Shown piece after piece: positions 34,932-46,900 of a stretch of DNA of 64,000 nt (position 1 is the stretch's first letter; each line of letters begins with the position of its first letter). Source of the stretch: Podarcis muralis (taxonomy: Eukaryota). A program made the translations under genes and the position numbers. The DNA lies in assembly GCF_964188315.1 (NCBI RefSeq), contig NC_135667.1, forward strand, positions 20,150,001 to 20,214,000, read 5' to 3'. The notes beneath the pieces were generated by a model. It was not told the DNA's origin, searched no databases, and saw only the letters and a program-made list of their open reading frames with translations.

Positions 34932-37900
34932 TTGCGGTTCTCCCGAGCTGCTGACTGGGGGCCCCGAAATCTTCAGCCGGCTCCGGGCCATTTTGCCTGG
35001 GAAGACCCTTTTGGACCCCCAGCCATCTCCCGGGCGGTAATCGAAAGCCCTAGGAGTTCAGCCGGGGAGCAAAAGAGGGATCCAGCCGGCTTATTCATCG
35101 ATCCCGGGATCATCATAGAAGACGCGTGAGTATAAGGAAAAGGAAAAATCCAGTGCACTGGTGGGAAGGGGGTGGAAGTCTCCTGGCAACTGAATTCTCT
35201 GCCCTCCTCTCTATCGCTCCTTCTCGCCTGTCTCTTGGTCCAAGTGGTGAGAGAGACCGTGGACCGCTGCTCAACCCGAAAGGGGGGTTCTGAGCTCTAT
35301 CTCTTTTCCTTAAAATCTCCAGCCAGCCGCACCAATTGGGAGCCCGAAAGTAAGACGGAGAGACCCGACTTGAAAGATAGCCGACTCTCCGCAACGGGCA
35401 TCCCAGTTGAAAGCAAGGGGTTGGAGCTCTTTTTCCGATCTTCCCGAGCGTCCTTCCTAGGGGGCAGGAAGTGGTCTTGCTTTCTATCCCAATCCCAGCC
35501 GCACTGGTCGGAGCCACGTAACACGTGTATCGTGCGTGAGCCCGCTTCCAAAAGCAAGGGGGATTTTCAGTTCGAAGTTCTATCCAGGGATCACCCGATC
35601 TGGCACCGCACGGCGCGGGCGTCCAGTAGGGCCCCTTTTCCTGAGATTGTGACGATAGATAAGGAGGTTGCCAGGAGGGATAGCCCATGAGGAATTGGGC
35701 GGGATCGGCAGAGTGGAAAGGGACCCCAGGTTATTGATTAAGGAAATCGGAAGGAAATATGAAATACCGGATAGCTAGAGCTCTTTAAAAACTCTCTCAG
35801 AAAGTTGCCAAGCGACTGATGACCCCTCTTTTCCTATAAATCCTCATGTTAAGTATACCAATCTCCTAGACCTACCAATCCTCACCGACCCCTTCTCTTT
35901 CCCTCTTTCTGTCTAGACACGCGTGAAACATAAAGGGGTACCCCGTCAACCAAGCGTTGTGAGCACTACCAGTTTGATTAACTGGTGGTGTGTTTGAAGA
36001 GGCAAGGAGGCTCATAAAACCATGTGGGACCTTCCTACTAATTTCACTTAATGAAGCCAAAGGTAGTGGCCCAACTCCTTGCAATAACCAACTAAAGGAT
36101 GAGAATATATATGTTTACATGTTGTCTGTTATGTGTGCTGTCTGTTAATACATATATGAGAATATGTATGTTTACATGTTGTCTGTTATGTGTGTTGTCT
36201 GTTCCTTCTGTCTCTGGCAGACTGCCTTTCTTAAGTGTGCATAGTTTAAACTGCAAGCTTGCTTCAAAAGTTAAATCTAAGGAAGCCATGCTGGATCTTA
36301 GCAGTCCTAAATAAGACAAGATGAGAATGAAGTGTGCAAATGTTTACCCCACCTCTTGCTTTGCCCCAACTTTTGAGATTGTGAGTCTACAGTCTTATTT
36401 TGGAAGGTGCTGATAACCAAATGTTTCTGCTGCAAAAGCCTAGTTGAGCCAACTGCTCTCTCAAGCTAAAATGCAGTGTATGTACTTCATTAAGCATATG
36501 CCTATGAAGGTATGGTGTTCCTTCTAAGAAAATTATGTGAGTCCAGTTTTAACTTTGATTTGGTTGGACAGAAGAGTTATTGTAAAGCTCCTGATATCAG
36601 TCTCTATAAGACGTCCTGGCCTCTTTTCTTAGAAAATGCCCCCCTGTTTCATTCTGTCTCTTTCAGGTTTTTTTTTCCCTCTTCTTCTGTGCCAGGTAAA
36701 TTTACTTCCGAGTAAGCTTCCTTTAAAGGAAACTGCAAAGGTGGGGGGGCATAGATTAGGCTTACTATTCCTCTGCAAGTTCAGGAAAAATTGTTCACTC
36801 TTGTATTCCTTTAAATCAAATCTATGGCTGTTTAAACTATGCTTTATAAGAGATCCTCTCCCTATCTTAGGAAAAATGTTCACTTCAGTCTTTAAAGATA
36901 ATTTATCTAGGAACTTTCACTCTTTAGTCTAAGGAAGTAAACTCTCACTCAAACTAGTTGGGTACTTTTATTTTCCTCTTCCTTAGTACATGATAGGCGC
37001 ATGGTTTGTGATAGGCGCATGGCTTGTGATCTCTTCCCCAGTTGTGTCTGTGTACATAAGTATGTGTGTGTTTCTGGTAGTACAAATCTTGCTATGAACC
37101 CTGTATTTTAGGGTTGGACTAGATGACCCCAGGTCCCTTTCAACTTTCCCAATTTGTGGCTGATGAGTTGAAATTCAGCCCAGATTTGCTCTTTGTTTTT
37201 TTAAAAGGTGTGAGGTGAAGCCATGATGTTTGAAGCAGAACTGGTGATATCAGGCATTTAAGTGATTACAGTGTTTATCGTTTTGTCTATTATTTACAAA
37301 AATCAGACTTAAAAGTCCACTCAAAGTTTAAGCACATACAAATGAATAATCAAGTAGAATTAGCCTTGACCAATCCTGTAAATAAAGGGCAGGAGAAAAA
37401 TTTGTCTGCGAATGGTAAGGCTGAACTGACTGAGAATGTTTAAAATCCTATGAATTCTGACTGGCCATTTTTACTCATAAATAAGAGAGCGGTTGATTGT
37501 TCCGCGAATGACCAGATAACATGACCAATAATGATAGCCCTTTCCTGTACATAAAGGAAGCAGTCCCTTTGCTTGGGCTGAAATTGCTAGCTTTGGTGAA
37601 TACTTGAATTGCTGAGTTTCTCTTTTTTGCTTTAAAATCTAACCCTATTTTTTAAATCTACTCCTTACCCTTCATTTCCTTTATTCAAATGGTAATTTTG
37701 CCAAAAGATGCAACATTTCAATAGTATAAAAGGTTTGCTGAGACATGAACTCCACACATGCACAGAGACTAGATCAGCAAAAAAAAAAAAGGGATAGGAA
37801 AAGAAATGAGAGAGAGAGAGAGAGAGGAAGGAGGGGGAACTGTGGGGGGGGGAGGAGGTTTTTTTTTATGTAAAACTTGGAACCATTGAGAGAAATCACC

Positions 37901-40238
37901 CTTAATGTGTCCCAAGTTTGAAATCTTAACATGCCAAATTCTTTTCACAGGTAAATATCAAAGAATTCCACCCCTCAATGGGATTAAAATCACAGACTTT
38001 GTTTGTCTGCATTTTAGGAACAGCATTTCCTGACAGGCTTCTCACATGAAATAATTTTTCCTTTTAACAGGATATGTGAACCCCGATAACAAAGTGTTTG
38101 TCCCCTTTTTTCCTCCCACAGCGACTTTCTTTCTATTCCGTGAAACAAGCCTGAATCTCTTTGTGGCTTTGACACTTTTAAAATTACAAATAATCTGTTT
38201 TCCATTTATTTAATCCGTTTTTCCATGATGTCTATGAAGTTAATCGAAGCACAACCAAACATTGTTTGTGGAATGGTATTTGTTTACCTTTTGCCTGAGC
38301 ATTTCTTATTAATTCTATCATTTTGGCTAGTGCAAGGTACTTGCACAATTTTAAATTAAGTTTCCCCCCATTGTTTTCCCAATTTTTTCAGTCCAGTAGT
38401 AATCCGTGTGGTTTTGATAATATCTTTGTATTACTTAATAATAATTCTTTTCTAAGTCTGATGTCTTTGTGTCAAGTCTGGTTTCATCTGACTGGTAATC
38501 TAATTTTTTTTTCTTCCCTTTTTTTTTACCTTTGTATTTTTACAGTTCTCTTTCTAGACTAACCGTGTTTTAAGTCCCCAAAACCCTGCCCCCTTACAGG
38601 ATATCACTTATACAGATGTGCAATGATGAAAAGCGGCAACAACCCCTCCCTCAACTCGGTTCTTCGCGATCACAAGACCTGCACAACAGACGCCAGAGTG
38701 CCCACAGCTATCTCTTTCAAAGGATGTAGACTGACGGGGAAGAGTTGAATAGCGAGGACATTTTTTCACTTGAACCTCAAGCCTCGGTGCTCCAGGGATT
38801 CAAAAGATACATGCGTAAAAGATCACAATTATGTCAATATGCAAATGATATTTAATTAGTTGGTTTTGTGTATTATGTGTTATTATGTAGGGATGTTGAA
38901 GTGTGTCTGATTATGTGTTATCTCCACAAAAGAAAAATTTCTGTGTAATGTAACATACATAACTATGAACAGCAGAAGGATATGGCTTACACCCCAAGTC
39001 TTCATGGAGGACTCCCATATATTACAATGCTTTCCCATATATTACAATGCTTTCCAATAGAGCAGACTATACTTAGATCAAGTCAACTGATGATCATATT
39101 TCCTTGTCCCACCTGGCACTCTGAAGAGTGCCAACCTTCCCTACCCATTTATTTATGCATTCAATGTTTTTCTATATATGAAGTTCCCAGATTTTACTAT
39201 TTCTTTCTTTCTGTTCCAGAAAACTATTTCAAATCTTTTCTATGATTTCCCTGCATCTCTTGCAGATTCAGTACTGTCTTCAAGTAGCAATTGTTCTGCA
39301 TTTATTTACTTATTAATCTTGGTTTTCATCTATAGCTGCGAAATTAATCTACCACAACCAAGTATTATTATCGGAACCATATTTTATCAGATAGATTTGA
39401 AGCAACACTCCTTATTATTATTTGAGATGTTTTGATTAGGATGCCAGATGAAATTGGGTGTAGATCATGTCAAAATTTTATTTATTTATTTGAGGACACG
39501 ACTACCATACGTAATATTATTATTGGTAACAAGAAAATTGTATATGCCTTGATGTAGCAAGAATGGTCCCTTATAGAGTTAAATTGACTCATTTGGACAA
39601 ATGCCCCCTTAGGAATGGCTTTGGTTTTAACATATTGGTTTTGAAAAGTTGAGAACCATGGGGCAAGATAAATTCAAATTGGACTCTACCGGAATTGGGC
39701 ACGTGTATCCAGGCTGCAACTAGCTTTTGGTCCTTTAAGAGTAAGTGGACAACTTTCCATGAGTGTGGGACCAGAGCCTGCAATAATGAAAACCCTATAG
39801 AAAGACCAAGGCGAAGACATATCTCTCATGATGTGTCCAAGCCTGGTCAGCTATGGTGGTTGCCAGGCGACATGGTTAAATGAAAGCCCTGAGGGGATTC
39901 AGCAGGATGTGTTACTGTACCACTATGCCGGTGTGAGACCACAGAAGAGCTAGCTTGGCACCTGAAAACACAAAAACGGTGGGGCTAAAAAGCAAACTGC
40001 ATTTTTTTTCAGTCAGTAGTGGACCTTCCTGCTAAATGTAAAGCATACACCACTATTGGAAGTGTTTGAAAGAGCTAGGGTGCCACAAGTAATTTTATTC
40101 GTCCGTGTTGTTCCCTCTTTTGCTGCCCACTATTCCCACTCACAGGGCACCCCTACATTCACCGAGATTTAGGGTGCGGAGAAAAGATTTGCAAGTTCTT
40201 GCAGAACTTTAATGCAAATCTATCTCCGAATGGGGGAC

Positions 40239-41121
40239 TGATACGGAAGGAACAGGGGGGGGGGGTACCCATCCTTCCCTACCGCTCCCTGAAGGGGTCC
40301 GAGGCGATGGCCCCTGCAGTGCCCAGCCGGCCTCGAACCCTCAGCCCCCGCACCATTGCATAGGCACCACACTGTACCCCTGCCTTGTAAATAAAAGGCT
40401 CTCTTTCCTGTCTTCACGCGGGCGGAATAAGCCCCATCTTTCCTATGCCTTTCTCTCGCCCTATTCCTAACGTGAGTCTGGAAAGCATTGAAACCTTTAG
40501 AAATTGATATAAAATCAACCACAACTCCGATTTTCTCCATCCTGGTGACATTCAACTCAGTTGCCTCTGGACTCCATGTTGCTACCCCTACCTCCATAAT
40601 CTTCAAGACGACAAGTCACGTACACAGGAACTTCTTAATCCTGTCAGATCCTCCTGCCTAACCCTTCCTCCGGGCAATACCAGGTGGCAGACGATGCATA
40701 TCACTGTCCCATTGTCCTGCCACCACCGGTACTCAAGAAATGTTTATTTATGTATATCCCTCACTCTGCACATTCCCCCCTCCCTTGTCTTAAATGTTAA
40801 TCAGTGTAACCCCACCTCTCTGTAAACATATTCATGACGTGTGTAATATATTCATGATGTAATCCATGAAACCCAACCTTCCCAAAATGTATTCATGACG
40901 TTTCGTGCACTGTATTCTGGGACTTGGAGGGAACTTTTAAAAGTCTATGTCGCCCCATTCTCGGGGTTCAATCTCGCCTTGAACCTGTTGCGCAATAAAC
41001 TTGGATCTTCTACAGTTTGCTCCTGCGTCCGGCTGAGCTCATTTTCTTCCGCAGGGACCCACGGACTTAGTCCGATGAGCTGGGTGGCAGAGCAGCCTCG
41101 CACCCAGATTTTGCCGTAACA
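40239..41121 (+). repeat. 3' LTR
   Basis: Same length and sequence as 34028-34910; the ORF-track translations of the two copies are identical. Confidence 0.95.
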
Positions 41122-42667
41122 AAGAGGAACCATGTACATTGTCTTCAGCTCCAGTTAACTAGACTGCATTCAGGTACCCGTTTAGATGTTTCAGGGGACA
41201 GAGCTGGGCATTAGTTTACTGGCAACCCCTTGTGCCAAATCACCTAATGACACCACACACACACCCCCCCCCCCCCGGTTTCAGCTAGCTATGATATGAA
41301 GCGCTGAGAACAAAAGTAGCATGAAGGGCAAAATTGTGCTCTCTGGCACGCTGCAGACCAGCAGCTCCAGCCGCCAGCATCACAAAAGGGCAGGAATGGT
41401 GGCTGTGGAGCCCATCTAAACGGCTTCCTGCATTATGGGTTGTTAAAAGATTAAGAAATGGCAGTACCCAACCCAACACAGACAGACTCAGAAGCAATAA
41501 GCTGCTCAGAACCTGTGGAAGAACAGCAAGGTAGGACTATTTCCTCTGGGTTTTGCTTGTGGGCACCTGGTTTGTTGATACACACAAGACAGACTGCCAG
41601 ACTAGATAAACCTTTGGTCAGATCTATCCGAGCTCTTAGCCTTCTCACGAACCCACAACTGCAGCTGCCCCCTTTGCAGCCATTCGATCTGCGGCACATT
41701 AGCAGGGGATCCTGTTTCGTTCCTTACCGCGAAAAGCATCGCCTCCGTTCTTTTTTTAGGGATAGAGAAAGCTGTGCTATGCCAAGTCAGACCGCTGGTT
41801 CATTTAGCCCAGCACTGGCTGGCTGGCATTGGCTCTCCAGGTTTCAGGTAGGGATCTCTCCCAGCCCTGCCTAGAAGTCCTAGGAATGAGCGCTGGGCCC
41901 TTCTGCATGCAGAGCAGGTGTCCTGACCGCAGAGCTCATCTCCTTCCCTCTAGTTTAGCATGTCAGGCTGCTGTTAAAGGCCCAGTAACGAAAATCCTGT
42001 TCTGGCAGGAGTGAGCCAGCAGTCTCTACTTCACGGGGGCAAGACCTGATGGAGATCATTAGGTCTGACACTCCTGTGCAGATCCTGTGTTTGTTAATAG
42101 CTCCTATTTCCCCAAATTGGCTTAAGTTGTGACTGGGCTGTGATTGAATCCCCCACCCCCAAAATAGCCTGCTAGCACCTCCCTCTGTAAATTCTGAGCC
42201 CCGTCTCCCTTGGACCTGTGCTGATCAAAGACATCAACGCTAGAGAGGCCAGCAAATTCAGAAGAGAAATGTTTATTCAATCAGTTCATTTACAGGGCTT
42301 CTTCTCCCCTGTTCCCGGGTCTCCTGTCCATAACCACAGCCCCACATTCTGTTCTCTCCATTCTCAAAGCAGGGTGAATAAGTTTGTTCAGAGTGAAAAT
42401 GTAGCAGCAGGGATGAGGGGACAGCTAGGGGTAGAAAGGAGGTGTGCACAGTTTGTTTCATCTACTGCAGTGCTGGGGGGGGGGGGGTTTAAACAAAATA
42501 ACATTGAAAGACTAAAAAATATCAGGGGCTCCGTTCCAGGGATAGGGAAGTTGGTTGGGGTGAAAGATAGCAGTACGGTGCTGATGTGAAAAAGAGGACA
42601 GGGCTCCTGCCCCTTTAAGTGTTATGTGTAGCAGAGGGGATTTCAGAAGAGGGAGCTTCTACACAAA

Positions 42668-42932
42668 NNNNNNNNNNNNNNNNNNNNNNNNNNNNNNNNN
42701 NNNNNNNNNNNNNNNNNNNNNNNNNNNNNNNNNNNNNNNNNNNNNNNNNNNNNNNNNNNNNNNNNNNNNNNNNNNNNNNNNNNNNNNNNNNNNNNNNNNN
42801 NNNNNNNNNNNNNNNNNNNNNNNNNNNNNNNNNNNNNNNNNNNNNNNNNNNNNNNNNNNNNNNNNNNNNNNNNNNNNNNNNNNNNNNNNNNNNNNNNNNN
42901 NNNNNNNNNNNNNNNNNNNNNNNNNNNNNNNN
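42668..42932. other. Assembly gap (265 N)
   Basis: Run of N. Confidence 1.
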
Positions 42933-43413
42933 ATTCAACTGATCACAACAGCAAACAGAGCTCTCTCTTTCTCCCCATCTCTAGTTTTCTCGTCCACTGT
43001 ATGCTACCCAACAACAATTAGGCTTAGAAAAGAAGGTTAAATTTGTGTGTTCTCCATGCAGAGCGTGTCTTCTACCACTGAGCTATGGCTATTCCTACTA
43101 AGGTTCACGAGCATGGCAAGGGTGCGACACTGGGCAGGTGCCAAAGGAGCACACGTGGGCATGTGTTCATCTACACTCCAACATTTCTTCCTATACAAAC
43201 TCACACATTACAAATGATGCATACAGGATTGTGCGTGGATATACGTGTGTGTCTCTAGAAAGGAGTTCGTAAAGGTGTAGTGCTGATGGGGGAGGCTGAG
43301 CTAATTTGAGTGTATAGCTCTGCACACACCATATATTTAAAGCACATTGGAAGCATGTGACTTGCCCCACCCAAAGAATCCTGGGAACTGTAGTTTGTTG
43401 AATATAATAATTG

Positions 43414-43444
<31 letters not shown>

Positions 43445-43958
43445 TGTTGTGGTTATTCCCCACCCATCTGGGCAGCTTCCAGCAATATATAAAAAATAAT
43501 AAAATGTCAAACGTTAAAATCTTCCCAATACAGGGCTGCCTTTGGATGTCTTCTAAAAGTTGTGTAGTTCTTTATCTCCTTGACATCTGATGGGAGGGCG
43601 TCCCACAGGGAGGGCGCCACTGCTGAGAAGCAGATGCTGAGAATGTTGACTGTGTGGTGGGTAAACTACAGTTCCCAGAATTCTTTGGGAGAAGTCATGT
43701 GCTTTAACTGTATGGTGTGTTTATAGCCTATATCTCTGGGGCAGATTAGTCAAAGGGAGGGGTATTCTCTCAAAAGGGGGGGGCTGAGCTCTCAAATGGC
43801 TGTGCAACGGGCACAGCTGTTTGGGGCACCAGATTGTATTAAGGTGGCTTTGTGTCAGGAATATAGCAGAATCTTGTATGTGTGTGGGATGGGGAGGGGT
43901 CTGAGGGGTGGTGGCAGCAGCAAGCAAATCCGAAGGGTGCAGGCTGGAGGCCAGGCCG

Positions 43959-46900
43959 CTACTGCCGCAAGGACTCTTCCTCCGACAGCAAGAGGGGCAG
44001 GCGTGAAACAGCTCTTTGATCTGTAAAAGACAAGAGAGAAGAGATTTGATTTTCCAGGTTTCCAGCCCTATCCTGCCCTGCTCCACACAGAGCTCCCAGC
44101 ATTCCTTGTTCCAAAACAGAGAAGATTCAGAACCAGGTTTCCCAACTCCCTAAAAAAAATGCCCCTCTTCTCCCAGAGAATCCAGCATCTGTCCGTACCT
44201 TGGGGGTTCAGGTAGGTTAGAAAATCCATCAGCGTTTGAAAGGTGCCATCATCTAAGGAGCGCAGAGCATGTGCTGAAAGACAGGTGACAGGCAAGTGTT
44301 ATAGGAATTCTAAGGTCTTATATATGAAAAATAAATGTTCATAAATTTACAAGGCAAATACATACATAAGTATATAAACTAAGGTTACCAGATACTTTTC
44401 AATGAATCCAGGGACACTTTTCAACTTCAATGGATTTTGTATAGGGACTGATTTGTAAATCTGAAGACTGTCCCCAGAAAACGGGGATGTCTGGTAACCT
44501 TAATATAAACCACGTGCCTGAAATAGTACAGGAGAACCCATCCTGAAGCCATTTTGACTCTTCCAGCAACCTCAAATATTCTCCCCACTGTCTCTTTGCT
44601 CACAAATCCTGTCTTAAGGACATATTTGTGTTATGAATAGGGTGAGCCTGTGACCTGAATTCAGGAACTAAGTATTTAGCATCTCAAAAGGAACGGCCAG
44701 GCTGCGAAGGTAAAACAATCAGTGACCATTATCAGTATCCTGCCAGACAGGATTTCTGCTGGAGTCCACGCCCTTCAGTAATGTACCGGTATGTATGATG
44801 TGGAGGAGGGGGGTCCTCAAACTACAGGGTGGGCAATTTCAAAAGTCTATATAAGGGCTTGCACACCATTGTTCGGGGTTCCTCTCCTCCCTCCCTACGT
44901 GGGTTGAGTGGGGGACCCTGTTGCAACAGTTTAATAAAGATCAGGCTTACTAGCTGCTTTGCTTCTCAATATTTTCTGGCTGGCCTCAGGGAAAAGGGCA
45001 GAGAATTCAGTGAAAGGGTGCTCACCCAAGGAATCCTGCCCTACGGAATACAAGTCCTCCATAGCATCTCGCTTATGCGCCAGGCTCCCTTTGTTGGACA
45101 GTGTCTGGTGAGCATCTGCTTTGGGGAGAGGAGAGTGCAAGGGGAGAAGTGCTGCAGGTTACATAGGAGGAAAAATACAGATTACATCAGGTTTGTGAAC
45201 AGCCTTTTGGCTAGTGGCACATAAGAACCACCCCTTAGCTACCAGGCAGGACGTTTTCATACATTGGAATATAACTTGTTCTTTCCTCTTATGCCATCAA
45301 CGGGCTATAAACGAACTAACATGGATCCGGGAGGTTATGCGGAGCAGTAGCAATCTCTGAGGACTAGCAACTTGTGCAGACTTAACTTGCACGCCTGCCT
45401 GTCTGGATTACACTACAGAAAACTAATTTAAAGAGTGAGGAGATTGAATTTATGATGATAAGGATGACGGATCGGAAGTATTTTCCCTCCCTCCTTGTTT
45501 TCCTCCAAAGACTTATTGCAAGGGTGTACACCAAGTTTCATCAAAATCCAAGACGGTGGGTGACAAAACCCTTGTTTTTTGCGTTGATTTGATATGGAAT
45601 GACCCGTTGGGCAGCTGCCTAAGAAGAGGACTGGCTGGATCAGACCAAGGGCCTTTCTAGTTCTGCTTTCTGTTCTCACAGCGGCCAGACAGATGCTTCA
45701 GGCAGGAGATGGCTGCAGCAGCACTCTTCCCCCTAAGGAAGTTGCCTTAGAGCTAGTCAGTAGGAATGGACAAAGCTGTCCATGATTTTGACTTCTCTCA
45801 GTTTCTCATTTTTCTCAGTTCTACACATTCATTCATTCATTCATTTTGCCTGTTCTCAATTTCTTTTGAGCCCCATGGAAAGTTGCCAGCATATCGGTGC
45901 AAGTATCGCCTCAAAGGCACATTTTTAATATGCAAATTTGCCCGATATACACATTTCTGCAAGACATCATGCCTTTTATACATTCGTTTTTACCGACACA
46001 CGCATTTTTAGGCACACTTTCAAATCCCATAATAACAATACACGTATGCTTGGGTTGGAGAGACGCATCCTGCAATTTGGAGAAGTGCGTATTTCGAGAA
46101 ATAGCTGTGTTTCGGTTCAAAGATTACCGTATTTTTCGCTCTATAAGACGCACCAGACCATAAGATGCACCTAGTTTTTGGAGGAGGAAAACAAGAAAAA
46201 AAAATTCTGAATCTCAGAAGCCAGAACAGCAACAGGGATCGCTGCACAGCGAAAGCAGCGATCCCTCTTGCTGTTCTGGCTTCTGGGATAGCTGCGCAGC
46301 CTGCATTCGCTCCGTAAGATGCACACACATTTCCCCTTACTTTTTAGGAGGGAAAGGCTGAGTCTTATAGAGAAAAAAATACAGTAATTCAGAAAGTGTG
46401 AAATAAGCAGCTTTGCATTAAAAACCCAACTTATTCCTCCCCACACTCCTACAAAACCAGACCATTGGCCCATCTGCCTCAGTGCTGCCTGAAGCGGCTG
46501 ACAGCAGCTCTTCAGAGTTTCAGTCTCTCCCTGCCTTACTTGGAGATGTTGGGGATCGAACCCGGGACATTCTGCATCCCAAGCAGATGCTCTCCCTCTG
46601 AGCTACTGCCCTTCCCAGGAGAGGCATCTGCGCTGGCATTCCAGCAGCTGCCCATGGGTGCTGCACACTCATGCCAGGCCTGGAAGATGGCTTCCCTAAC
46701 AACAGAAATATTTCTCTGAGAGCTGAAGTGGTTATGCTAAAGGCATCGTTATGCCATCTCTAGTCCAACAGGATTTGCAGGTTTTCTGAAGCACCGGGGA
46801 AATAAACCAGCAAAGGTTTATTTGAGTAGAGAGGACAGAGGCATGGACGAAAAGGGGGCGTATTCCGCAAGCAATGGTGGCTCTCACAGGCCTTCTGCTT

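Larger units (their letters stand above)
34028..41121 (+). mobile_element. Non-autonomous endogenous retrovirus (class I-like) with two LTRs and no intact ORFs
   Basis: Two 883-bp LTRs (TG...CA), 4-bp TSD AAGA at 34024-34027 and 41122-41125, tRNA-Lys PBS, PPT-like GAATGGGGGAC before the 3' LTR; 5.3-kb interior without gag/pol ORFs. Confidence 0.92.

Noticed and set aside
35113-35690. gag ORF in the ERV leader
   Set aside because: The 172-191 aa frames show no matrix, capsid or zinc-knuckle motifs.
42615-43040. Three ORFs containing X runs
   Set aside because: Artefacts of the N gap.
43850-44020. KASH5-like C-terminus (..LRICLLLPPPL) in an alternative minus frame
   Set aside because: KASH5 neighbours PTH2 in human, but this frame has no proper TM segment, does not end at PPPX, and the exon is explained in another frame as the last galanin-family exon.
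44780-44990. LTR-like stretch (TATA and AATAAA) in a galanin-family intron; similar reversed stretch at 42220-42660
   Set aside because: Ends and TSDs could not be defined, and the second runs into the gap, so neither is listed as a feature.
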